Part shown: piece after piece, positions 51,991-64,000 of the stretch
Numbering within the stretch: position 1 is the first letter of the stretch
How the letters are laid out: each line of letters begins with the position of its first letter
Assembly (NCBI RefSeq): GCF_018977255.1
Contig: NW_024704742.1
Coordinates: 93,746,001 to 93,810,000 of the forward strand
Direction of reading: 5' to 3'
DNA length: 64,000 nt
Source: Callorhinchus milii
Lineage: Eukaryota
Translations under genes and position numbers: made by a program
The notes under the pieces: model-generated
The model's database searches: none
What the model was told of the DNA's origin: nothing
The model's input: only the letters and a program-made list of their open reading frames with translations

Positions 51991-52216
51991 TAACAACAAC
52001 AACAACAACAAGATTCCATTTATAAAGCGCCTTTCACGTCAGGAGGACGTCCCAAGGCGCTGCACAGTTGGGTCATGACCCGAGCAGGGGGGAAATGGTC
52101 AGGGTGAGGGGAGGGAAGGGAGGGAGCAAGGAGGGGGGAAATGGTCAGGGTGAGGGGAGGGAAGGGAGGGAGCGAGGAGGGGGAAGAGAGTCGAGAGGGG
52201 AGCTGAAGGCTCGGTC
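51991..52216 (-). mobile_element. Young L2 LINE 3' end
   Basis: Nearly identical to 28215-28441. Confidence 0.92.
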
Positions 52217-52949
52217 ATAAACAATTGTGAAGTGAACGATCGATTTATCTAAGAATTGTCGGCCAAAACACCAAGAAAAACTTCCTTCTCTTTTTTTGAA
52301 AAAGTATCATGGGGTCTTTAACGTAACAATACTGCACTTGAGTCTCAGTGAGATCCAAGTCTTACATAAGGCTTGAACCACAATCTTCTGAGTGCTACCA
52401 ACTGAGCCAAATGTATATGGGAAACTGTCAGTCTGGTTTGGATATTCTTAAGCATGGTGATGGGTTTCCGCCTGTGTCACCCGGCTGACCAAAATCATCA
52501 GAGCCAAATTCATGTCTCATTTGCTTCACATTGGGATTGATGTTGCAAAGCCTTTTTCAGGGAATAAGACATCAGCAATATTGCCGCATTCCTAGCAAGC
52601 ATTTTTTGATCCTCATTTTCGTGTTGTCAACTTAACAGGAAGTTGTACTTGAAGTGCCAATGTAGTATTTTGCCAGACATTGAATTTGCAGTCGTAATAT
52701 AATTCATATGAATTGCGATTTAGAGATGTAAAACCAATAATAACTTGACAGGGAAAGCCCAGAGGAGATCCCAATTACACCCAGAAAGACTGCAAACGGT
52801 GGTGTACTTATACTTCCAGACACAAGTTCAACTGGCTGCAGGGAGCACAGGTCAAAAGGAAATCTGTTTTCCAAAGAAGAGAACGAGAGGTTGACATATG
52901 AGTCCAGTAATAATTCTCAACAGTTTTAAAAATGTTCCAGTTTAAAAGA

Positions 52950-53378
52950 AAGATCCTTGTATCTAATATAGCACCTTATCATGCCACTGTAATATTTCAT
53001 AACGTTCACAAGATTTACTCTAACGTGTGTGTTTACTCTGTACTTGTGGACAAATGCAATAATCAATTTGTGATCAACAATGTCCCACAAGCAGCCATGT
53101 AGTGAATGACAAATTTAATCTGGAGTATTGTTGACCAGAAAATCTCTTTTCTTCAATTTTCAGATTGTTGTTGTTGTTGAAGTTTAATATGCCATGGGAT
53201 CCTTAAAGTCCATCTGAACAGGCAAAGAGGATCTGGGTTTAACATCTCTTCCAAATGATTGCATATCTGACAATTGCATTAGAAAACCAGCCTGCCCTAG
53301 ACTATGAGCTCAAAGTCCTGATAGGATTTGAACCCACCACCTTCTGATTCAGAGCCGAGAATACTACCAACTGAGCCA
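52950..53378 (-). mobile_element. Deu-domain SINE, decayed
   Basis: GCCATGGGATCCTTAAAGTCCATCTGAACAGGC..TTTGAACCCAC..CTACCAACTGAGCC. Confidence 0.8.
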
Positions 53379-55794
53379 GGAGTTGAAATGTTTCTCTACC
53401 CCAGCTCCAAACTGATAGGAACCAGACACCATTCAGGTGAACAATACATCACACAGTAGCCAGACAAGGATGGCTTGCTTAGGAAGAAAGAAGAGGTTGG
53501 AGATATAACGGGGTGCCAAGGTGTGGACGGATTTAGACACTAGATTGAAGATGTTGAAGTCAATCCACTCTGTGACAGGGAGCCAGTGTTTGGCAAGTAC
53601 TGGAGTAATCGGGGAAATACTGCCAGGATGGTGGAAGGCAAACTAGATGGAGTTTGGTCTTCTTTCGCCAAGCAAATTCTTATGTTCTTATGTTCTTATT
53701 ATCAGACAATTTGATATTCCTGGGGAATCAATGATTCTGTTAAGCAACTTTTCCAGAAGAAAGCTGTATGATCCTATTAAGGCATCCAAAAACCTTTCCC
53801 TACTTTCTTCCTACCCTTAGCCCAATTTTCTCCCCTCCTCTATCAAAAGCAATGATGAACGACATTCCACTGACATCAATAATTATTTTCCATGCATGAT
53901 CCTAGATAGTGTATGTCGACAAGCAATTCAACTGTATGAGGCACCACACCAACCCTGTCCTCACCAGGTGATATCTACAGCCACACCTTGTAGCAGAGCT
54001 GCTGGTGTTTTATTTTATACATCACTAATCCTTTATTGTTACCTTCTAATTTCTTGGTGCATCTGATACTGTAGCCTGCCCTGACTGGTGTGGAGTGTCA
54101 GCCTAGACTGTGAACTCAAGACCCAATGTGGGGCCTGAATTCACAGAGACGCAAGACTCACTGAATCCCCTCACCTCGCTCTTCCAGCAGACAGTTGTGC
54201 TTGTAACATATCATAAGTGTATCTTATTCAGACTTTCACTGCTTTTGGAGACATTCAGATAATATCTTTTGGTAGCCTTAAGTATCAATGGCAAACCAAT
54301 AAACAATTTTAAAACTATTTCTCTAGCACCAGTTTTTCTTTGTGATCATGTTTTTTTCTAATATGATCAGTGACTGGAGGGAGTTTTAATCTTTGTGACC
54401 CACAAGCATGTTTGTGTTCCCTTTGGAGCAGTAGTGATGATAAATGGGTATTTGTGCTTAATGTGCCGTGGCTGAATGTAACTCATTATTATTTTATTGG
54501 GCACCATGATTGTTTTCAGCATCTGCTTTTCCGTTTCTGTTTCTGGGAAGTTCAGTGAGGAATTCATATTGAACACATTTCCCCCTCCCCTCCCCAACCC
54601 CACAAAGAAAAACTGTGGCAAATCACGTTGTGGGTCTTTAACAGCAAACAACTGGAGTAAAATTCTGATAATCATTACACATAGCATCTTTATCTATGTG
54701 CATTTATAATGGCAAATTTCTTTAGAAGCCAATGTCACCAAAACCAATGCATGTAGAACACCAGCAAACAGCACAAAGACCAAATTTAGGACTTAAGATG
54801 TTGAATGATGTTTAGCTTCTTATCGCGTTGTTTCTGTAGTTGATGGGAGGTGACAATGAGGATCATAAGTCAATTTTTAATCCATAGTCACTTTCCCTTC
54901 AAAGCAGTATAAGGTGAAATGGATAGGCAAGCTTCATTAACTGACACACTGAGTGAATCATTGCAGGCTTATTCTTACTCAAAACAGTCAAGTTTGCATA
55001 ATGTTATGTCGCCTACTGTTGTAATCCACATAAATGTTGTTCTGGCAGATGCTCTGTAAGTGCATGTTGGTTATCTATCGCTTTCCTGGAGTTAGCTACA
55101 TGCTTGGTATGTTTTGTACACAATTGAATTTGCGTACTGTAATAGCCGTATAATGTTATTTTTTTCTAATGTTATGCAATTTTGCGATCCCGATTAACGA
55201 AAGATTGAATAATATTATATCCAGGGGTGTAGCATCGCTCCTGCACCTGAAATCTAGAATTAAGAGACGGGATTATACAATGAAAGCGTGGGATGGGTTG
55301 GTGGATTAGTCCAATGTGAAGAAGCTGTTCCAGTTTAGCAGTTTAGTACCCACAGTAACTGTTATTTTTGTGAAATAAACCAGTCAAAAATAACTGATTT
55401 GTTTAAAAAATACTTATTGCAGTGAAATTAAAGTAAAATATTAGATTTTTTTAACGTTTTTGTCTTATCCTTGAAATTGCAAATGACTTCAGAACAGTCT
55501 GGCAGTGTTTGCAAGTGTTTATAAGGGAAATTCTCCTTTATAGTTCATACTATATAATGTAATAATTTTGTCCAGTCCAACAGAGTATAACATTAAACAG
55601 ACTTGACTATGGTAGGTTTGTATGAATTTCACAGTCCCTCTTTTTCCCATGAAGTTGCTGGGGTTAAACATATTTGAGGGGAAACCCAATAATGTTATAG
55701 GGTTTATGAAGAGTTTGCTGAGAACTTTTCTCAAATTTGCAGAACTTCATGTCCTCCCCAGGAAGAAATCGATTTGTGAAGCTCCATAAATAAG

Positions 55795-56140
55795 CAGAAC
55801 TTGTATTGTTAAAGCACTTTATTGCATTGAAATAGCTTGAAGCCCTTTGCAGGAATTACAGTACTTTCAAGTATTGTGCCTGTTTTTTGTAGACAAACAC
55901 GTCAAATATTTTATCACAGGAAGGTCCCATGAACAGCCAAGAGATGAATTAACTGATTTGATTGTTTAATTGTTGGCCAGGATATCGGGAGAATCTCTCC
56001 TCTCTTTTCAAATAGTGTCATGGGGTCTTTTAATGTCCACCTGAGGAACAGGCAGATGGAACCTCACATTAACCACAACCAAAGGCCAATAGCTCTCACA
56101 ATGTGGTGTTCCTACAGTACTGCACTGGAGTTCGGCCTCA
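55795..56140 (-). mobile_element. Deu-domain SINE, decayed
   Basis: TCAAATAGTGTCATGGGGTCTTTTAATGTCCACCTGAG..CAGTACTGCACTGGAG. Confidence 0.8.
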
Positions 56141-57381
56141 AGCCCCCTGCCTCGTAACATTCCCATCTTAGAAATGGTATTGCAATCCAGATGGTGGTAA
56201 CATGTGCAAACCATGAGTTGCTCCTGAAACAGTCATGTTCGTGATCTTACAAAGACATCTGCGACCACCTACTATCTGGTAGAATACAAATGTTTCTCAT
56301 TTCAAAGCAGGCATCTGGCTGAAGCCAGTGGCTGGAATGACACTGAATACAATTAGTAACCTTCATCCTTGTGGAAAGCCACCCATGTGACAGAGCACAT
56401 GCTGAACCCACAGTTGTGCTGTTGTCTTAAGAAAGAAACTATCCAGTTGCTTCAGAGATCTATGGACAAGTGTAGATATTGCTTGGGTAGCAAGCCACTT
56501 TATGTATGCCTGGTTCATTTCAGCAGGAAGCTCACTGATTGTTTGAAATGACCACTCAATATAATGTTAAGCAGCAAACTCTCTCAGTTGTGCTGTCTAG
56601 ACATGGCTGCAGCTCTTGGTACACATCTATATCGGTAAGAATCCCTAAACTCTCATGGAATCACAATTTATACTCAAGCAAGCATCTTGTCCTATGTAGC
56701 TGCTCCATCTGTGATATCTCTTTTGTTATGATAAGGCGCTATATCAAGTGCAAGGATTATTAAGGATTATTATTCTACAGCATCAGGCTTGGCTCTTTTA
56801 TCCATTTCAGTCAATGGACATAACTTAATGTCTTGATTCATCAGATCTCCAAGATGCTATACTTCATAAAGGGTGATATATAAATGCTAGTCGTTGTTGT
56901 CTTGATTCAAACGTGTAGAATAGCCAAGTGGGAGAGGTGCTGTTGGGCACAACTCATGGAACTTTATCCCAGATAGAGTCAGCAACTCCAGTAGAGGGAT
57001 AAAAGTGGCACAAAAAAACAGCAGTCCTAAACCAACAGTTATGGATGGACATGTTCGGCAACTCTCTTCTAAGGTTTCAAATTTAGCATCTAGAAGTGAG
57101 AGAGATGCTTTACCATTAATTCCTTTCACTGCTATTTGGTGAAGCTTTTGGTCATGTTTACTTGCATGGTTTATGTATTTGCATTAGTACAATGGATTAG
57201 ATGGATAGATAAATAGACAGACAGATAGATAAATACAAAGTCAGAGTATTAAGGGATATGGAGAAATGTGAGGAAAAAGGTAAAAGGATTTGTGTTCTAA
57301 TAAATCAGTGGAATAGAAAACCGACTTGATGGGAAAAATGGTCTACTACTATTGCTATACACATTTACAGATTTTCGTATG

Positions 57382-57510
57382 TCATAGAATCATAGAATTA
57401 TATAGCACAGAAGGAGGCCATTCAGCCCATTGTATCTGTGCCGGCTCTTTGAAAAGAGCTACCCAAATCAATCCCATTCTCCCGCTCTCTCCCCATAACC
57501 CTGCAAACAT
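57382..57510 (-). mobile_element. CR1-type 3' terminus
   Basis: CATAGAATCATAGAA..CACAGAAGGAGGCCATTCAGCCCAT, the CR1 terminal repeat and hairpin region. Confidence 0.85.
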
Positions 57511-60099
57511 GTCCCAAATAATTATCTACTGTGTGAGAGTACCAGCAGGAACTGTTACAGTGCAAATGCACTGCAGGTCAGATAAACTATAGAGGGGAGG
57601 AGAGGGGTTCCTTGCAATTTTCTACTGATATAGTTTGACCAATAATTTTAGAACCTCACGACTTACTGCAAAACATTCAGAATTCCAATTGCTGTACTGA
57701 ATGTCCATATGACCTTTAAGAGATTGATTGCCCAATTATGCTTAAGTACAGTATAGCGGTGGTAAATCGTTGACATTTTTCTTTTCCAGACTCATGCTTG
57801 TTTCAAACTAGACCCATTATTCCTATTGTTGAGGAGACCTCAACTCATGTGCATGAGCTGGACCCTATCTAAATTACAGAGATCAAAGGGCATTGTTCTA
57901 ATCCAGTCCCTCTTTCCAAATGGGGACTCCTTCCATTAAATGCAAGTATGATTAAAGCATTCCATTAAGAAAAATTCCAAGTTAGAAACCACTTTGTTTA
58001 CTAAAAGTACAATTTTGTACTGTGAAGGACACAAATCCTAGAAAATAAAACTGTTATTCCTTTTTCAAGTTTAAAAAGTTTTTAGTTCATGAAGCTTGCA
58101 TTTCAAAGACTAATAAATTAAGTTTATGGTGCAATAAGATTGGATAGGAATGAGTGACAAACCAAATCTGAATCTAGTCTAGATAAATTTACAGTCACTA
58201 CACTTTACAATAAAACCATGTGAAGTGCTTTCCTGTGCTGTCTCAAATGCAAGGATTATTATTGCTGCTATTTTGACACATGCTAGCCAGTACAACTTAG
58301 GCTTCTCATTCAAATTGAACACTCAAATATCACCTATACTGAAACCAGTGCAAGTCAGATGCCAAAATTTACCAAAATGATTGTTCATTCAATACAGGTT
58401 TATTAAATAAAGCCCAATATTGAATCCCACAAATAAGCGGAGCTGTGCCACAGTGGGCCACGAAGCGATGGAATCTGCAATAAAATTAAATCTTATCGGT
58501 GATAAGAAACTGTGTGTGCAAATTAATATAGCATTGTCTTCTTTAGTTCTCTTTATTCCACAATAATTACCTAACAGGCTGGAAAAGTAGTGCTATTGAA
58601 TGTGGTCATTCTGGTTGGCTATATCTACTGTGTTGGGTCCAAATCCCTGACTGTCCAGCGCCTTGGGAAATCCTTCCGACGTGAAAGACGCTATACAAAT
58701 GTAATTTTGTGTTGTATTGTGTCAGTGCAGAAAACTGTCCTCATTAAAAGCTTTGAGTTTTGCATTAAATCTATGTAATGCTGTCTCTTGACGCCTGATA
58801 GTTGTGAATGTTGCATAATCATCATAAAGGTTAAGAAGAAACTTTTTTCAGTCCGAGAGGTAAGAAAACACATTTTCAATTTTTCATGCAGAATGTTAAT
58901 AGAATGTCGAAATGCTATGCCACGAGTGGTTATTGAGACTGAAATATTATAAAGAGCAATGGGTAAGCATTGTAAGAGGAGGACTATAAAAGAGCTTGGG
59001 AATAGAGCAGGAAATTGGGATTAGAAAAGTTAGCTTCAGTGGATACATTTGTATAATGCCTTTCACATCGGGAGGACGTCCCAAGGTGCTGGGCTTGGAA
59101 ATTCAATGCACCAAATGCTGTAATATTTATGATTCTATGAATCAAAGGTAATGGTTAAGATAATACTGATTACATTTAGGAATTCCAGCAAGCACCAGGT
59201 GCTGAAGCTATGAACACCAATACACACAGCATGACCTCTGACTTTGATTCAACCTTCCTCTGGTTCTCTTGACTTAAGGAGCTCTTCAGCAGGTGGTGGT
59301 GTCCTGTCACCCTACACTGCGGTTTGCATAGCATTCACATTATGATCGTGCACGGTGCACGGGGTCAGAATTATCCGCATACCGTGCCTTTCTAAAGAGA
59401 TACTGTCAGATCAATGCAAGCTAGCTCTCCAAAAAAAAGGATGTAAAGTTCATGTGAAACGTAGACCCGCAAAATATCAATTACAAAGCGTAACAGCGGG
59501 GTATGGCACAACATACCAGTGAGATGGATTGGCACTTCTGCTCCTCAAAGTGACATTCTTCCTAAAACTGTCACAGTGGAAGAGGGCTGTCACTAGACAA
59601 ACTGTTTCCCACAGCTCAGCTGTGTCATTCTCTCAGTGTAGCCACTTGTGGCCAGCTGCACAAGAGGTTGACAACTGAATGTTTAAGATCAATTGAAAAC
59701 TCAGCTTTAAATAAGAAAACAGATTTGTCTTGGTGGTGGGTGGATGGGGGAAGGAAGTTTCATCCTCCTATAATTGATACATTTACCTATCTTTGATGAA
59801 ATTATCTTAGAGTAGGAGAATCCCATAATCTTATACCATCAAGGTTGATAAATGTATTGACCAGCGAAAAATAAAATGCATTAATGAGAGAGTGTCCACA
59901 GTAAGTAATCCCCAGTAGGAGGTCTCTGGATACTAATCAGGAGCAGCAACCTTGACAAATTTTGCTTTTGCTAAACCCAGGGACACTGAGACCAGTTGCA
60001 GTTCCCTAGTTATTGGTTTGAGATCAGTCACCTCAGATCAAGATTCAAATCTGCAACTTTCCATCATGAAAGTTCTCTCAACATGAAAGGCGTAATACA

Positions 60100-60245
60100 A
60101 ATGTGCACAATTGGCTGCTGTATTTCACCCATAAAATACACAGTCACTACACTTTACAGTATATTCTGGGAAGCGCTTTAAAACCTCTCAAAGACATGAT
60201 AAGGCACTGAATCAAATGCAAGGATTATTATTATTATTATTATTA
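60100..60245 (+). mobile_element. SINE 3' fragment
   Basis: Family tail with (TTA)n. Confidence 0.8.
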
Positions 60246-61759
60246 CAAATGCAATTTGGTGGTGTTGTCTGAAATTCCATCTTAGCCTGGAAGATCATTG
60301 AGTCGTAAAATTTTAATATCTCAAGTGCAATTGTGGAAGATTCTATACTTTCTTCCTAATTTGGAAACCGGTCCGTTTTAAGAACTGTGGTAAATCATCT
60401 TCCATATTAACGCTGAAAATAAGAATTTTCCACAATTTCTGGGCCATCTTAAAGATTGAGGCAATATAGTATTACAGGCTAAGACCAGGTGGAATTTTGA
60501 GCCTCTTAAGTCCTGGTACTGCACCTTTGTGCCGTTACGTATTTAGGCTGTCTAAACCCAACTTTTGTGGACTTTGAACCTATTTTCTTTGCCTTCTTGC
60601 TGCATGTCTGAGTTTCATTCAAAGCTCAATTATGACCACCGGAGCTCAGTGAACGCTCTGCTTCTGTGTGGCCATGTCATTTGAATAAATAATGTAGTTA
60701 AACATGGGGGAATGGGAAAGACTCCCCAGTATAACTGTTAACATTGCGTTTGCACTGTGGAAAGCTATCGCACCATTTAAGTGGAAAATTCTCTCCAGTG
60801 TTTGTTTACACAGCAATCATTAAATGAAGAGAAATGTTACTGTTTTTTTACACTAACTGAAATTGTCTCAATAAAACTCATCTTGCCAGCCAAATTCAGT
60901 GAGGCTCCGCGGGAATTATTTTCATCTTAGTACATCAAGATTGAAAACAGTTTGTAGTTAAAATAGTTTAAAGCTCTTATGGGGTTATATTCTACTTGGG
61001 GTGTGCAATACCATCTTTGGGATGAAATGTTAGACTGAGGTCCCCTGGCACTGTTTCAAAAGAGAAGAGAGTTTCTCATTGTCCTGACCAAAAATGTTCC
61101 AAATAAATTGTTCATTTACTGCATTGTTAATGTTGGTTGAAATGACTGTTGCGTTTTCCTGCAATAACAGTCACTACACTTGAGAATAATTACTTATGAA
61201 GCATTTTTAAAAAATTTTCATCCTTTTTTTCTATTACTTACAAATCTTACAGTATCACTTTGACACCTCAGTCGCTGGGTACTAGGAACAATCAAGATTA
61301 AAGCAGTGCTCTGATCATTTAATAATTCGGTGGAACTGAGTCAATGGACAGATTTTAGTTCCTATGCTTCCATGGTTCGGATACTATGAATTAAAAGGGT
61401 AGAACAAGAGAAGTAATGCAAAATCTTCTATTACCACCAACTCTCAATATTCCACACTATGTATGCACTTCACCAAGATCACTGCACCTAGAAACCTGCA
61501 GGATGTGTGACACTTTGTCCATTTCGATTAATTTCCGTATGGAACTATATGCAACACGTTCTTAAAATGTCCCCGTCAGTCAGTGTGAATGACACAAGTC
61601 TCTCAGGTTGCCCATTGAATAGTGCAGGTATTTTGATTGACTGTTTCTTAATGTTATTAAAGAGCTGATCCTGGAGTTTTGCTCCTGCACTATATGGTAT
61701 GTATGCAGAACTCTGAAAACTGATGTTAGTTTATTGACAACCCCAATATGATATACTAC

Positions 61760-61915
61760 TACTAATAATAATCCTTGTGTTTGATATAGCGCCTTATCAC
61801 GTCTCCATGCTTCACAAAATATACTGTAAAGTGAATTGACTGTATATTTTGTGGGAAAAACGAGGCAGCCAATTGTGCACAGCAATGTCCCACAAACAGT
61901 CGTGGATTGATTGAC
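61760..61915 (-). mobile_element. SINE 3' fragment
   Basis: Reverse complement of family tail and body. Confidence 0.82.
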
Positions 61916-61974
61916 CTAATTATTATTACTATATGTTACAGTATGAGCACCCTACAACATAATACTGATAATAC

Positions 61975-62521
61975 AATGATCTAGACGTGGACATTGAATG
62001 TAACGTATCTAAATTCGTGGATGACACTAAACTAGGTATGAGAGTAAGCTCTGAGGATGATGCAAAAAGATTGCAACGGGATATAGATAGGCTAGGGGAG
62101 TGGTCTAATGGGTGGCAGATGGAATTTAATGTGGTGAAGTTATTCACCTAGGTAGCAAAAATAGAAAAACAGATTATTTTCTAGAAGGGGAGAGATTAGA
62201 TAGTGTTAATGTTCAGAGGGATTTGGGTGTCCTTGTACACCAGCCTCAAAAAGTTAGTTTGCAGGTGCAGCAAACAACTAAGAAAGCGAACGGCATGTTA
62301 GCGTTCATTTCAAAAGGTTTAGAGTACAAGAGGAGGGAAGTCTTGCTGCAACTGTATAGGGCCTTGGTGAGACCGCACCTAGAATATTGTGTGCAGTTTT
62401 GGTCTCCTTATTTAAAAAAGGACATACTTGCCCTAGAGGGGGTGCAGCGTAGATTCACGAGGTTGGTTCCTGGGATGAGGGGACTGACCTATGAGGATAG
62501 GCTGAATAAACTAGGGCTATA
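61975..62521 (+). mobile_element. Well-preserved CR1 LINE RT fragment
   Basis: NDLD..VSKFVDDTKLG..LQRDIDRLGEW..WQMEFNV, frameshift near 62135, then KKANGMLAFI..LVRPHLEYCVQFWSPY..LEGVQRRFTRLVPG. Confidence 0.95.
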
Positions 62522-62838
62522 TTAATAATAATAATAATCCTTGCATTTGATATAGCGCTTTTCACGTCGGGAGGACGTCCCAAAGCGCTTCACAGAACAC
62601 ACTGTAAAGTGAATTGACTGTATATTTGTGGGCGAACGCGGCAGCCAATTGCGCAAAGCAATGTCCCACAAACAGTCGTAGATTGAAAATGACCAATTTA
62701 TTATTGTTTTGGGTTTTGGAGGGATTATTATTAGGTGTGTGGAGTAAGGAAACTTGCCCAAGGTTTTGCCCTGCCTGGAATTGAACTCAGGTCTCTCACT
62801 TGCAAAGCGAGTGCTCTAACCACTGAGCTACAGGACTC
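62522..62838 (-). mobile_element. tRNA-Ala SINE, short form, full length, young
   Basis: Reverse complement of the family; abuts the truncated CR1. Confidence 0.95.
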
Positions 62839-63582
62839 TGATGTTCTGATGATTCCTGGTAAGAAATACCTTGGTACATTTGAAACAGATATATAATATA
62901 AACATCCTCCTCTTACAAAAGAGCCTGCATTAACACACTCAGAGGGTAGTGATTTATGAATTCACTTTCAGTTCTTGAACATAAGTGATCTTAATTGTAG
63001 ATAACAATTGCATTATATGGTTATGTAGAGATGTGCTTAACACTGGAGCAGCCTGATGCCGAGCCATACAAAGAGAGGAGGTGATGATAGGCCCAGTTGA
63101 AGAAGTAGGTCTTCAAATGTGCTCCGCAGATCTGTATAGATGCAGCATTAACGTGTAAAGATATTTCCTAAAATGACAAAATACTGGACTTTAGATAAAG
63201 AGATCAAAGTCAATTAAACCATTTTCCTTTCTAAAGTAAGCAGGGTATGTTTGGCAATGTTATGCCCATCTGAACAAGATACATTTTTTTAATATAGCAC
63301 TTCAGATGTTTGCAATCCCATTTCTTTCCTTTTCTCCAAACTGTTTAAATATACTTACTTCACAAGTATCAATCTCAGTGTTGGTTAAGTCACCAAATGA
63401 ATTGTGTGTGTGTGTGTGTGTGGCACCATCCTTAGCTGGAGTAGAGGGAACTCTGTGTCCAGCACTTGTGCTTGAATTGGGAGTGGCTGATGCTATAATT
63501 GTGCAGACTAGGAACCAAATGTTCAATTGGCAGCAACATTTTCTATTACTCCAATAAGCACATTATTGGCTCAGCTTTGTGC

Positions 63583-63992
63583 CCATCTTGGCTCAGTTGG
63601 TAGCAGCCTTGCCTCTGAGTCAGAATGTTTTGGGTGCAAGCCCCACGTCAGGACTTGAACTCGCATTGTCCAGGCTGACACTCCAATGCAGTGCTTGGGG
63701 TGTGCTATATTGATACATTAAACCGACTGCCTGTTCAGGTGGACTTTAAAGATCCCATGGCGCTATTCAAAAAGCGAAGGGAGTTTCTCCCAGTGTCCTG
63801 GCCAACAATCCCCCAAATAAAAAAAAAGGTTATTAATTTCCTGGCTGTTTGTAGAACATTGCCCTGTGTAATTGGGCTGCCACGTTTATCTACAAATACA
63901 CAATCACTCCACTTCAGAGTAAATCGAGTTAAGCGCTTTGAGACGTCCTCCTGATGTGAAAGGTGCTATATCAAACAAAGAATTATTTATTA
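63583..63992 (+). mobile_element. Deu-domain SINE, near full length
   Basis: GGCTCAGTTGGTAGCAGCCTTGCCTCTGAGTCAGAA head; CCTGTTCAGGTGGACTTTAAAGATCCCATGGCGCTATTC; L2-like tail. Confidence 0.9.
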
Positions 63993-64000
63993 TTTCTAAT

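Noticed and set aside
1..64000. CRISPR array, prokaryotic operon or endogenous viral gene
   Set aside because: No regularly spaced repeat-spacer array and no long non-TE ORF; recurrent motifs are SINE/LINE tails.

Overview
64 kb of repeat-rich, CpG-poor vertebrate DNA with no recognisable intact protein-coding gene, read as a large intron or intergenic region. The repeats (tRNA-Ala-headed SINEs with an L2-type tail, Deu-domain SINEs, CR1, L2 and Penelope-like fragments) suggest a cartilaginous fish, possibly a chimaera such as elephant shark; this is inference. The ORFs I could interpret are TE-derived or look spurious. I found no convincing new multi-gene system. Most worth following up: an apparently chimeric CORE+Deu SINE in long and short forms; two near-identical SINEs 32.5 kb apart sharing a more diverged 5' flank; a deleted mariner-type element keeping only its transposase C-terminus; a duplicated ~350-bp module of unknown family; a 123-bp direct repeat around a 51-bp palindrome; several hairpins; and a few candidate small exons. 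Boundaries of decayed repeats are approximate and identities were counted by eye.
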